DNA of 64,000 nt, taken from the human T2T-CHM13v2.0 reference genome, Homo sapiens. The notes beneath the pieces were generated by a model. That model saw only the letters and a list, made by a program, of their open reading frames with translations. It had not been told where the DNA came from and did no database searches. The position numbers were made by a program, and so were the translations under genes. The stretch lies in assembly GCF_009914755.1 (NCBI RefSeq), contig NC_060938.1. One strand, 5' to 3'. Of this stretch, positions 13,805 through 29,430 are shown in pieces. The stretch's first letter is position 1; every line of letters starts with the position of its first letter.

Positions 13805-14989
13805 CTTTACAATGAAGGTAAGTGGTCACTCTTAAATAGATAGAACTTAGGTAAGAAGAGAGCATAGGAGGGGAAAGAAAAGTAAGCCCAATTCCTTTAA
13901 AAAGTACTTACGTATTTAGTAAGTTGTTATTTTCCACTGTGGTTAGTATGTGGCTGGAGTTTTTCCAGTCTAGAAATTTTCTGAGAGAGGTTAGAGAGGA
14001 CAGAGAAAAGAAGGATAAAGCAGTTTTGCAGTCTTTAATTTGAAACATTTAAGGAAGACTAACCCGGTTATTTCATCTGAAAAACTTTTTTAAAATCTAC
14101 TTCCTTGAGTTGGAAAAATAGAAAATAGCTTAAATAAATATTATTATAATTAAAAATAAAGAAAAATGAAATTGGGAAATAATGTAAGTTTTCTTTGGTA
14201 CAACCTCTAATTTACTTTGATTTCTTTTTCATAATTTATAAGCCAGTGGAAAATGAAGTAACCATTTCAATCAAAGTTGTGATTGAACATCCAACAACTG
14301 TAAGATAAAAGGTGGAAATGAAAAGAATGATATTTAACTGGTGAAATTGCTCCCTGGGGGTGCCTGCACTTTGATCATTAATCTTAATTGGATGGGTCAG
14401 TGACCAGAATGGCAAGGCTGTTTCAGATCACAACACAACTTTGTAATCTGTAACCATGAAGAAAGTTGTTACAGATTTATACTATTAGCCACTGTTCTTT
14501 CCATGATGTCAATCAATGACATTGGGATATTTACTGAAGGTTTAGCTAAATTGAAGTTGCTAATAAAATGTGCACATAAAGGAACATATTTCAGAGTCTG
14601 AAAATATAAAGGAATGTATTTCAGAGACTGGAAGCTTACAAAGTCCAAGAGAATAATGTTATTGTAATAAAGTTAAACAGCTATTATAAGTTTTAGGCTG
14701 CAATTTTTACATAGTAGAGAACCTTACATTTTAGTAGTGAAACTTTTATTGTAACAAATTGTTAGTTGAATTATTTTTAAACTAAGCAGAACATGCTATA
14801 AACTTTCTTAAATGACAGAATCATATTTTGAACATGAGTCAGTATGATATCTTATACTGGATAATTGAGATGCGTTTTCAAATAGTTCAGATAAATTATT
14901 TCTTGTATCAGTTCTTAATGACCCTATTTTATCACCATGTGCACTTTCACATACCTTTAGAGTTAAACATAACCAAGGTGATGTAACAA

Positions 14990-15160
14990 GAGATACTAAA
15001 CTTTGGTCAAGAGCGCAAGCCTTGGCACCACACTGCCTAGTTTTGATTCTGAAGTTGGATAGTTGTGGAGCGTTGGCAAGTTATTCATCCTTTTAGTCTG
15101 GATTTTTGCTTTGAATATAATAGTTATGATAATGGTATCTACATCATGGTATTGTTCTGA
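14990..15160 (+). mobile_element. MIR fragment
   Basis: Degenerate MIR core (tggcaagttattcatccttttagtctgg...aatggtatctacatcatggtattgttctgagtatta). Confidence 0.5.
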
Positions 15161-15465
15161 GTATTACACGTGTGTTTATATTAATGTTGACTATTCTTGT
15201 GTATGCCTTTTGTTAACTTTACAAATTATGAAAACATCTTTCTCATAAATAAGTTTTTCACTCTTCAAAGAGGCATTTATTTATTTGCATTTTACGCCCT
15301 TTAGCAATATTAACTCTGATTGCTGCATTACCATACCAATGGTTATTTGGTGTTAGTTAAGCATATAAGTCCCTCATGTCTTCACTCTCTTTGTGTTTTA
15401 TGGGATAGGTTACACACATACATAAAAGGTAGTGTAGTCCCAGAAAGTAAATGACATTCTCTTAA

Positions 15466-15843
<378 letters not shown>

Positions 15844-15935
15844 TAAGGCTGTCGCCAGGGTCAGAAGTGTAAGACTAAGAAACTCATTAAAATTCAGCCA
15901 TCCTGGTCCCCCAGACATATTGTGAAAAATTTTAG

Positions 15936-15971
15936 TGTGTGTGTGTGTTTGTGTATGTCTAAGTGTGTGTG
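15936..15971. repeat. Imperfect (TG)n
   Basis: Direct inspection. Confidence 0.8.
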
Positions 15972-16349
15972 CAAACTGTATCAGCTGTGTGACCAAAGAA
16001 CTGAAAAATGGGAATCCAGACTTCTGGTCCTGTTGTTGGGATTATAACGGAAGCAGAAACGGAAAATTTTGAATGGATTTCTTGATGCTGCCAAGCGGGC
16101 AATTCCTGCGGATACATCAGTCAGGATTGAGTGAGTTCTAATGTATCCCACGGTTACGGATTCCTTCAGATTTTGGTGCAGATAGCTATGTATGGTATTC
16201 CTAACCTTAACACCTAAAATAATGAACAAATGGTAACCTCTTAACAATATGCACCCATTTTTCCTAGTTCACTTTAATATTTTGGACATGGTATATATTA
16301 AGCAGTTCGAACTATTATAACTTGTCATACCATAGACTCGGTGGCTTAA

Positions 16350-18580
<2,231 letters not shown>

Positions 18581-19827
18581 AGAAAAGAGAGAAAGAGAGT
18601 GAGAGATATTTCTCATGTCTCGTCTTATAAAAGCACTAATCCCATCATGAAGGCTCCATCTTCATGACCTCATCTAAACCTTGTCTCCCCCAAAGCTGCT
18701 ACTTTCAAAAATTATCACATTAGTGGCTAAGGCCTCAGCATATGAATTTTATAGGAACACAATTCAGCCCAATGAGGGGTATCATGAGGACTACTTCCAA
18801 AATTTAAGATTTAATGCTATACAAAATGTGACTTTATACTTTTTAATCATTATATATCGATTATTATATCAGGCAACTAGTTTTCCAAGCTCTCCCTAAC
18901 CCTGTAGAGAGTATCAGCTTATTCATCATAAAGAGGATAGGGGACAAAGGAAACAATGTCAGTGCCTGCTAAACAACGTCGGCTAGATCTACAATCGACT
19001 AATTTAGAAAGAATTTTCAGAATATGTTATTGAAAAACAAAATACAAATGAAGTATATAATGAGCATTGCTTGTTTACTTGTTTGTTTTATGAAATAAGA
19101 CCTAAAGAAAATCATGAGTTTGTGTTTCCATTTGTTTTTGAATTTGATTATATGAGATGAAATATTATGAAAGAATGAACAGCAGGTTATTAATATTGAT
19201 TACCTGTTAAGTAATCAATATTAGACAAGTGGTTTAAGCAGAAGGGAAGTAAAGAATAAGCAACAGAAAAATAAAAAGAAAGCAATATTTGCATATCAAA
19301 TTTTGAGGATGTTCATAGGTAGAAACCAAAAACAACACAAGTAAGACATGAGCAACAAAGACAATGAAGTAATAAATAGACATTCTTATTCATAATGAGT
19401 GAAACAAATCCAGGTTGGAACACACAACACAGAAACCTGATACTATATGATGGTACCAGGACTATTCCTTTAGCCTCACTTTCAAAGAGGAATCATCATT
19501 TCCTCATGAGAGGAAACAGGGTCTAATAACAGGAAATATTGTATAATGCTTATATCTGCATGTAAGCATGTGTGATAAGTACAGTTTAAAAGTTTACTAA
19601 TAGTCTGTCTTATTCTAAAAAGATTTAAAGTGATTTATCAAAAAGGTATACGATAAAGCAGGACAATTTAACATAAAAATGTAGTAGCAATAAGACAGTG
19701 GAAAATTTGAAGAAAAAATGGATTATGGGAGAGATTAGTGGATAAAATGCATACTATGAGATCTTTTAATGCTTTGTAATATTGGATCATAAATTTGATT
19801 CTAAACTCTCTGGCATCAAAATTCCCC

Positions 19828-20040
19828 CATGAGAGCTGTGAGGGAAGCCCTGTTGATCAAGTATAGCTGAGTTTACTAATCTTACTGCAGTAAGGAAGAA
19901 CACCACCTTAACAGAACCTTAGTAGTGTCTCAGAAGGAAAACATTAGGGACAGGTATGTGTAGGAGTTTTGAAAATGGGGATAGGTAATTTTTGAGATGA
20001 GTGTTGCATGTGAGACTGCCTTGTACTTGGTTTAGCACTC
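19828..20040 (-). mobile_element. Possible old LTR fragment (family not recognised)
   Basis: gctgagtttactaatcttactgcagtaaggaagaacacc resembles the antisense poly(A)/U5 region of old ERV LTRs. Confidence 0.3.
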
Positions 20041-20223
20041 TCTTTTTTTTCCATTTTTAAATTCTTAATTTATCTATCTTTGAACTTGTACTTTCTAAGT
20101 GAAGTGTAATGAGAGATGAGCACATTTGTGAGCAGAAAAGGTATACACAGTGTGTATATCTAGCTTCGTTGCAACTCCACTTGCAGAGATGTTCATGATG
20201 CCCTGTGAGTAAAGAATTCGTGT

Positions 20224-22409
20224 TGTATTAGTTCGTTTTCATGCTGCTGATAAAAACATACCCGAAACTGGAACAAAAAGAGGTTTAATGGACTTATAGT
20301 TCCACAAGGCTGGGGAGCACTCATAATCATGGCAGGAGGTGAAAGGCACTTCTTATATGGCAGCAGCAAGAGAAAAACAAGGAAGAAGCAAAAGCAGAAA
20401 CCCCTGATAAACCTATCAGATCTCGTGAGATTTATTCACTATCACCGGAATAGCTCGGGAAAGACCAGTCACAATGATTCAGTTACCTCCACCTGGGTGC
20501 CTCCCACAACACGTGGGAATTCTGGGAGATACAATTCAAGTTGAGATTTGAGTGGGGACACGGCCAAACCATATCATTCTGCCCCTGGCCCTTCCAAATT
20601 TCATGTCCTCACATTTAAATTCCAATCGTGCCTTCCCAACAGTACCCCAAAGTCTTAACTCATTTCAGCGTTAACTCCAAAGTCCACAGTCCAAAGTCGC
20701 ATCTGAGACAAGCCAAGTCCCTTCCACTTATGAGCCTGTACAATCAAAAGTCAGATAGTTACTTCCTAGGTACAATGCGGGTACAGGTATTGGGTAAGTA
20801 CAGCCTTTCCAAATGGGAGCAATTGGCCAAAACAAAGGGGTTACAGAACCCATGCAAGTGCAAAATCCTGGAGAAGTCAAATCTTAAGGCTCCAAAAATG
20901 ATCTCCTTTGACTCCAGGTTCACCTCCAGGTCATGCTGATGCAAGGGATGGGTTTCCATGGTCTTGGGCAGCTCCGCCCCTGTGGCTTTGCAGGGTGCAG
21001 CCTCCCTCCTGTCTGCTTTCACGGGCTGGCATTGAGTGTCTGCAGCTTTTCCAGGTGAACGGTGCAAGCTGTCTGTTGATCTACCATTCTGGGTTCTGGA
21101 GTACAGTGACCGTCTTCTCACAGTTCCACTAGGCAGTGCCCCAGTAGGGACTCTGGATGGGGGTTTTAACCCCACATATCCCTTCCGCATTGCCCTAGCA
21201 GAGATTTTCCACAAGGGCCTGCCCCTGCAGCAAACTTTTGCCTGGGTATCTAGGCATTTCCGTACATCTTCTGAAATCTAGTTTGAAGTTCCCAAATCTC
21301 AATGCTTGACTTCTGTGCACCCACAGGCTTAACATCACCTGAAGCTGCCAAGGCTTGGGGCTTCCACTTTCTGAAGCCACAGCCCAAGCTGTACCTTGGC
21401 CCTTTTCAGCAATGGCTGGAGCAGCTGGGACACAGGGCACCAAATCCCTAGGCTGCACACAGCGCAGAAACCCTGGGCCTGCCCAGGAAACCACTTTTTT
21501 CTGCTGTACTTCTGGGCCTGTGATGGGAGGGGCTGCTGTGAAGGTCTCTGCCATGGTCTCGAAACATTTCCCCATTGTCTTGGGAATTAACATTAGGTTC
21601 CTTGCTACTTATGCAAATTTCTGCAGCCAGCTTGAATTTCTCCTCAAAAAAAAAAAAGAGAGAAAGAAAAAGGGTTTTTCTTTTCTACTGCATCATCAGG
21701 CTGCAAATTTTCTGATTTTTTATGCTCTGTTTCCCTTTTAAAATGCAATGCTTTCAGCAGCACCCAATTCACCTTTTGAATGCTTTGCTGCTTAGAAATT
21801 TCTTCCACCAAATACTCTACATCATGTCTCTCAAGCTCAAAGTTCCAAAAATCTCTAGGGCAGGGGCAAAATGCTGCTAGTCCCTTTGCAACATAAGTCA
21901 CCTTTGCTCCAGTTCCCAACAAGTTTCTCATCTCCATCTGACACCAGTTCATATCACTATCAGCGTTTTTGTCAAAGCCATTCAATAAGTCCCTAGGAGG
22001 TTCCAAACTTTCCCACATTTTCCTGTCTTCTGAGCCCTCCAAACTGTTCCAACCTCTGCCTGTTACCCAGTTCCAAAGTTGCTTCTACATTTTTGGATAT
22101 CTTTTCAGCAACGCCCCACTCTTCTGGTACCAATTTACTGTATTGGTTTGTTTTCACACTGCTGATAAAGACATACCTGAAACTGGGAACAAAAAGAGGT
22201 TTAATTGGACTTATAGTTCCACATGGCTGGGGAGGCCTCAGAATCATAGCGGGAGGCAAAAGGCACTTCTTACATGGTTGTGGCAAGAGAAAAATGAGGA
22301 AGAAGCAAAAGCGGAGATCCTTGATAAACCCATCAGATCTCATGAGACTTATTTATTCACTATCATGAGAATAGCATGAGAAAGACCAGACCCCATGATT
22401 CAATTACCT
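20224..22409 (-). mobile_element. THE1A MaLR element: 3' LTR 20224-20576, internal region 20577-22138, truncated 5' LTR 22139-22409
   Basis: Two directly repeated LTRs matching the antisense THE1A consensus (tgtattagt...aaaccatatca) flank about 1.56 kb of THE1-int. Confidence 0.92.
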
Positions 22410-22869
22410 GTGAATCCACAATGCCTGGAGTTCAGCAAAAAAGCAAGACAAAGCAAGCACATATTGTTTTACGCCTACAACTGGGTAAGCAGGGATATTG
22501 ACAGCTTCAATAGGCAACACTTTTGTTCAACCAGAACTTATTTAAAATGCAGAAGAAGAAGGAAATTGTATTTCAAAAAACATAAACAATGAAAGAAACC
22601 TATATCCATATATGTCTATATATATCCACATAGGTTCTATATACGCAGTTATATCTATAGACCCATCACATCTATATATCCATCAAAGAAATCCATATTC
22701 ATTCTTACTCCTATTATTTCTAAGTATCAACCAACTTCTTATGCTAAGAGGGAAAGATAGGGCAGCACATAGTTCCTTTTTTTTTCAGTTTTCCTTACTC
22801 ATCAGTAAGCTAAAGGTAGAAAGTATTGGTAGAATGTTTGCTCATGAAAGTGAAATAAAAATGTTTAGT

Positions 22870-23228
22870 TTTATGCAGTATTTTTCTATTCTGGTAAGAA
22901 CGGTGTACAGATGAATATTTGAGCTGCAAAACTTAAATTGTGCATTTTGGTGATTCCACATAACAGTTAAGTGTCTTTAAAACTGACATTTCACAATATA
23001 AAAGTGAATGGAAAAAATCATGCTAATGACTTAAAAGTTTAATGTTTTAATGAAAAGCATTATTAAATAGCAAATAAAAAATACCATGGCATGTTAACAG
23101 ATAGACAATGAAAGAAATAGAAAAATGCTGTATTTAGTATTTTTAATGTCATCTTGTCCTCACTTTTTGAAGAACGGGCCCCAAATTTCATTTTACACTG
23201 AGCTCTGCAAATTATATATTTGACCCTG
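22870..23228 (-). mobile_element. MER45-family hAT-Tip100 fragment
   Basis: The reverse complement begins cagggtcaaatatataatttgcagagctcagtgtaaaatgaaatttggggccc, like the MER45 terminus. Confidence 0.65.
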
Positions 23229-25699
23229 GTTTCGGAGTCATAAATGTGTAGGGATCTGTCAGAGTTTATGACATGAAAGTTTTGAATTGGTGGTAACATT
23301 AAAGTAAGGGTCTTGAAGTATGTCTTGATGAGAAAGCTGTTCATCAAAACAGTCAGAAAAAGCAAGCTGTTAGGCTTGAAATGTGAGCCAGTTTAGTTGG
23401 TTCTTAGTTCTATTTTTCTGGTACACATATTTCCTGAAATGAAGCAAGCAGCTAAGGTATTTTTTTACTTTCTCACTATTGATGAACATAAGGATAGAAA
23501 ACTATATTCCTTTAAATTCCTAATGATAATTTAGAGGGAAATGAAAATTTACAGGTTTTGCAGTGAGCATCCACAAAACAAAAATTTCTCTTTTGTGAAT
23601 GTCTACTTTTACCCAGCAATAGTAATTTGAACACATGTACTCTCCATTTGTTTTTTCTGAAACCAGATCATATTCAATTATCAAGCCATCTGTAAATGTT
23701 GGGGGCATTTTTTCAGTATTATATCAGAGGACTCAACTTACAGTAAGCTGAAAGATAGAGGAAAAGTATAGAAAACATATGTAGGCTACCTTTCTGAGAC
23801 TAACAGTGAAAAGATAGAAGGAAGCTAAATATTGGGGAGAAAGAAATAATCATTGAAAGAGAGGATTTCTAACAACTTAGGCCATGGTATTCAGTGGGTC
23901 TGCTCATCGATCCTTAACTTTCTAATGGTAAAGGAAATGTAAAAGGACACAGTGCAATACAGTCGTCTTTTGGGCACTATTTTTAAGTTTATTAATAGAT
24001 GCTCAAGAGAAATGCTTCTTTGAATTTTCTGCTGCTGTTGTGGAAAACATTGTGTCAATCATTATATGTGTTTCTTTATGCCAATATGCAATGTTTTCTT
24101 GATTATTACTGGATTCAGAAATTTCCTGAAGGCCTTAAGGACCAGAAGTTTATTTTATATTTATTTGTGCCATTAATAGTGCTCTACATTCATTGGGGAA
24201 AAATACTGCAAGATGTTCCTACTGAAAAGAGGACAATTTTAATTACTTTTTATATGTGATGTTTATGAAGTTACAGTAAACACATATTTCTTCCTCCTGT
24301 TAATATTTGGGCATTTTCTAGGGTTAAACTAGAGCAGAGAGTGAATCAGTCTTCCAGAAAATCAGACAGTGGCAGACTAACTCAGTTATGCACATTAGTC
24401 AAATATGTGAAGAACTAAAAGAGATTATACAGTGTTTACATGAAATTATGCACTAGAGCTGTATATATAATTAAAGAGATTACTTCAATATAGATGAGTG
24501 CATGTGATCTTCCTTTTGATTATCTCTGCATGAAATTTTTCTAAAAATCCGTGTTTTATTGAGAAACATGAAGAATTTTACATCACACATGTTCTTTATA
24601 TACTAGTGATTATACAAATAGCAAAGGAGAAAAATTGTGGTCAAATATTTCTCCCATAAATAATCATTAATTCCATTACATTATCATTCATGCTTCTTGT
24701 GTCCTGTGTCTTTATTTTTTTTAAATAAGCAGATACATGCAGTAGAATGAATATGTGTGTATATGTATGTGTGTGTTTGCATGTGTGTATACATACATAG
24801 ATCCATCCATACATACATGCATGTGTCCATATTGCGTGGATATACAACAGGTTATTCAAGCAATATTCTCTATTGACATTACTTTGGTTTTCATTTTGTT
24901 TTGCTCTGAAAACATGATACCACATTAATTAACTTTATGCTGATTTCTTTCTTTTCATATTATTGGAATTTTATCTTCAAAGTAAATTCTTCTGTGCTAG
25001 GGTCATATTAAGTCTCTACATGCAATTCAACACCAAATGTTTTGTGATAATTTTGCTGTTTTGCCACAATTCAGATTAAACAACAAACATTAAAATTAGA
25101 CTTACAAGTAATTCACATAATGGAATTGAAGGAGTGAAGACCCAAACAATTATCCTTGAAATTTAACAGAAGATATTTAAGAAGCTTAAGAATAGAAAAA
25201 GATATAATAAAGGTAAGACAATTTAAAAAAAAAAAGACAAAGAGCACTTAAAAATAAATGTTTAATAAAAATCAAAACTTGGTTGATGAGTTACATTACA
25301 GATTAGACAGATTTGAAAAAGTTGTGAGGAAACTAACTGGAAGACAGTCTTAAATAAATTAAGCAAACTTAATACATAGAGGCATAGAGACAAGAAATAA
25401 AAATAAGAGTCGAAAATACATGGAAAATGAAATAAGATTTAACATGTACCTAAATATATTTCAAGATGGAGAAAGTAGATAAAGAGTTAATATTTGAAGA
25501 GATAATGGTTAAGAAATGTTAAGAACTGATGAAAAAATGATTTACAGTAGAATGAATAATAATAATATATATCTTGATATTTTGTGGCCAAATACTGAAT
25601 ACTTAAGAAGAGACGCTTAAAAGCTGTCAAGGGAAAGATAGTTTATCAACAAAGGCATAATGATTAGACTTCTCAACAGTCAGAATAAAGAAAAAAATA

Positions 25700-25988
25700 G
25701 GCCAGGTGTGGTGGCTCACACCTGCAATCCCAGCTCTTTGGGAGGACTAGGAGGATCACTTAAACCCAGGAGTTGGAGACAAGCCTGGCAATGTAGTGAG
25801 ACCTCATCTCTACAAAAAGTTAATTAGCCAAGCGTGATGAGTAATGCCTATAGTCTAAGCTACCTGGAAGGCTGAGTTGGGAGGATTGGTTGAGCCTGGG
25901 AGGTCCAGGGTTCAATGATCCAAAATTGCACCAGGGCACTCCAGCCTGGGCGACACAGCAAGACACTGTCTTGAAAAAAGAGAAAAAA
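25700..25988 (+). mobile_element. AluJ
   Basis: Divergent dimer with AluJ-type ggaggatcacttaaacccaggag. Confidence 0.9.
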
Positions 25989-26305
25989 TGTAAGACATTG
26001 AAATAGAGTCTTTTAAAAAATAATTTCAACTTTTATCTTAGAATCTTTTAAATACAAGAAAAATATCTATAAACCTTGAATTTTAAATTGAACTAAGCTA
26101 TCATTCAAAAGTAAAAGCTAAATAATTTTATAGGCAACAGAAACTTAAGAGAGTTTATCACCTAGTTACTTTCACTGAGGGAATTTTGAAATGCTGTACT
26201 TCATAAAGAAGGAAATACCTAGGAAGTAGGACTGAAATTTCAGGAATAGTGGGGGAAACTTGCCAAATATCTAGGTGTAGTTAAAGGGACATTGACTCTC
26301 TGTAA

Positions 26306-26313
<8 letters not shown>

Positions 26314-26350
<37 letters not shown>
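26314..26350. repeat. (TA)n microsatellite
   Basis: About 18 perfect TA units after an A run. Confidence 0.95.
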
Positions 26351-26355
<5 letters not shown>

Positions 26356-26478
26356 AATTATGACTAATTTGAAACGTAAAAAAACAAAATGAGACCAAAT
26401 TTCTAAATAATATGTCAGAGAAAACTAATCAGAATGAGGCTTAAGATGCTGGGTTCTGGTTCTCTTTAATAAGAATGG

Positions 26479-26712
26479 ACCAGCCTGGGAAACATGGCAA
26501 AACATCATCTCAACAACAACAACAAAAATACAAAAAAAAATTAGCTAAGCATGGTGGCATGCACCTGTGGTCCCAGGTACCCAGGAGGCTGAGGTAGGAG
26601 GAGGATGAATTGAGCCTGGGGGTTCAAAGCTACAGAGAACAGTAATTACGCCACTGCACACCAGCCTGGGTGACAGAGTGAAACGCTGTATCCAAAAAAA
26701 AAAAAAAAAAAA
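26479..26712 (+). mobile_element. 5'-truncated AluJ
   Basis: Starts mid left monomer. Poly-A tail. TSD AAGAATGG at 26471-26478 and 26713-26720. Confidence 0.9.
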
Positions 26713-28339
26713 AAGAATGGCAGGATTAAGGATTAAGTGTAGACCTTTTAGAAACAAGTACACATGTAAATACATTAAGAGTAATGCATAAAGTAGTAGA
26801 AATAAAAATTTTAAAGCAATCAAAGACAAAGGAAAGGAAGACTGAAATAATTTGACTATTCCAACTGAAGACAGGAAAGCAACGGCAAAGCAAAATAAAT
26901 AGAAACCAGTATAAAAAAAGCAAGACAAAGCAAAATAAATAGAAAGTATAAAGTTGTTAGTCACTGACTAAAAGTAACTAATTTAGCATTTTATGAAACT
27001 ACTATTTCAGGAGGTGGCTGGCAAGATGGCTAAAGATGAACAGCTCCAGTCTGCAGCTCCCAGTGAGATCAATGCAGAAGGTGGGTGATTTCTGCATTTG
27101 CAACTGAGGTACCTGGTTCATCTCACTGGGACTGGTCAGAGTGTGTGTGCGGCCCACGGAGGGTGAGCAGAAGCAGGGTGGGGCATCGCCTCACCCAGGA
27201 AGCGCAAGGGGTCTGGGAACTCCCTCCCCTAGCCAAGAGAAGCCATGACAGACTGTGCTGTGAGGAACCATGCACTCCGGCCCAGACACTATGCTTTTCC
27301 CACAGTCTTTGCAACCCTCAGACCAGGAGATTCTCTAGGGTACCTACACAACCAGGACCCTGGGTTTCAAGCACAAAACTGGGTGGCCATTTGGTCAGAT
27401 ACCAAGCTAGCTGCAGAAGTTGTTTTTTTCATACCACAGTGGCGCCTGGAACGCTATCAAGACAGAACCATTCACTCCCCTGGGAAGGGGGCTGAAGCCA
27501 GGGAGACAAGTGGTCTAACTCAGTGGATCCCACCCCCAGGGCGCCCAGCAAGCTAAGATCCACTGGCTTGAAGTTCTTGCTGCCAGCACAGCAGTCTGAA
27601 GTTGACCTGGGATGCTCGAGCTTGGCACGGGGAGGGGCGTCCACCATTACTGAGGCTTCAGTAGGTGGTTTTCCCCTCGCAGCCTAAACAAAACCCCAGG
27701 GGAGTTCGAACTGGGCAGAGCACATCACAGCTCACCAAAGCCGCTGTAGCCAGCCTGCCTCTCTAGATTCCCCCTCTCTGGGCAGGGCATCCATGAAAGA
27801 AAGGCAGCAGCCCCAGTCAGGGGCTTATAGATAAAACTCCCAACTCCCTGGGATAGAGCACCTGGGGGAAGGGCAGCTGTGGGCACAGCTATAGCAGACT
27901 TAAACGTTCCTGCCGGCCAGCTCTGAAGAGAGCAGCAGATCTCTCAGGACAGCACTCAAGCTCTGCTAAGGGACAGACTGCTTCCTCAAGTGGGTCCCTG
28001 ACTCCCATGCCTCCTGATGGGGAGACACCTCCCAGCAGGGATCGACAGACACCTCATACAGGAGAGCTCTGGCTGGCATCTGGCAGATGCCCCTCTGTGA
28101 CAGAGTTTCCAGAGGAAAGAACAAGCAGCAATCTTTGATTGCCTGGGTGATACCCAGGCAAACAGGGTCTGAAGTGGACCTCCAGCAAACTCTAGCAGAC
28201 CTGCAGCAGACAGTATTGACCGTTAGAAGGAAAGCTAACAGAAAAAAATAACATCAACATCAACAAAAAGGATGTCCACACAAAAAACCCATCCGAAGGT
28301 CACCAACATCAAAGACCAAAGGTAGATAAATCCACAAAG

Positions 28340-29365
28340 ATGAGGAAAAACCAGTGCAAAAAGGCTAAAAATTTCAAAAAACAGAATGCCTCTTCTCCTC
28401 CGAAAAATCACAACTCTTCGCCAGCAAGGGAACAAAACTGGATGGAGAATGAGTTTGACAAATTGACAGAAGTAGGCTTCAAAAGGTGGGTAATAACAAA
28501 CTCCTCCAAGGTAAAGGAGCATGTTCTAACCCAAAGCAAGGAAGCTAAGAACCTTGAAAAAAGGTTAGAGGAATTGCTCACTAGAATAACCAGTTTAGAG
28601 AAGAACATAAATGCCTGGATGGAGCGGAGAGACACAGCATGAGAACTTCGTGAAGCATACACAAGTATCAATAGCTGAATCGATCAAGCAGAAGAAAGGT
28701 TATCACAGATTGAAGATCAACTTGATGAAATAAAGCATGAAGACAAGATTAGAGAGAAAAAGAATGAAAAGGAACGAACCAAGCCTCCAAGAAATATGGG
28801 ACTATGTGAAAAGACCCAACTTACGTTTGATTGGTGTACCTGACAGCGACAGGGAGAATGGAACCAAGTTGGGAAACACTCTTCAGTATAATATCCAGGA
28901 GAACTTTTCCAACCTAGCAAGATAGGCCAACATTCAAATTCGGGAAATACAGAAAACATCACAAAGACACTCCTCGAGAAGAGCAACCCAAGGAACATAA
29001 TTGTCAGATTCACTAAGGTCGAAATGAAGAAAAAAATGTTAAAGGCAGCCAGAGAGAAACATTGGGTTACTCACAAAGGGAAGCCCATCAAACTAACAGT
29101 GGATCTCTCTGCAGAAACCTTACAAGCCAGAAGAGAGTGGGGGCCAATATTCAACACTCTTAAAGAAAAGAATTTTCGACCCAGAATTTCATATCCAGCC
29201 AAACCAAGCTTCATAAGCAAAGGAGAAATAAAATCCTTTACAGACAAGCAAATGCTGAGAGATTTTGTCACCACCAGGCCTACCTTACAAGACCTCCTGA
29301 AGGAAGCACTAAATATGGAAAGGAAAAATGGGTACCAGCCACTGCAAAAACATACCAAATTGTAA
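28340..29365 (+). pseudogene. Disrupted L1 ORF1p
   Basis: Fragments MRKNQCKKA..., QEIWDYVKRPNLRLIGVP and ARREWGPIFN...RISYPAK, broken by stops and frameshifts. Confidence 0.92.
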
Positions 29366-29430
29366 AGACCAAATCAACACCATGAAGAAACTGCATCAAA
29401 TAATGGGCAAAATAAGCAGCTAGCTTCATA

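Larger units (their letters stand above)
25080..26900 (+). mobile_element. Highly degraded L1M ORF1-region fragment (interrupted by two Alus and (TA)n)
   Basis: A-rich ORF1-like motifs (taatatttgaagagataatgg, gattagacttctcaacag, aactaagctatcattcaa). Confidence 0.55.

Noticed and set aside
20628-22379. Cluster of 100-150 aa ORFs
   Set aside because: These are GC-richer THE1 internal/LTR frames typical of MaLR remnants.
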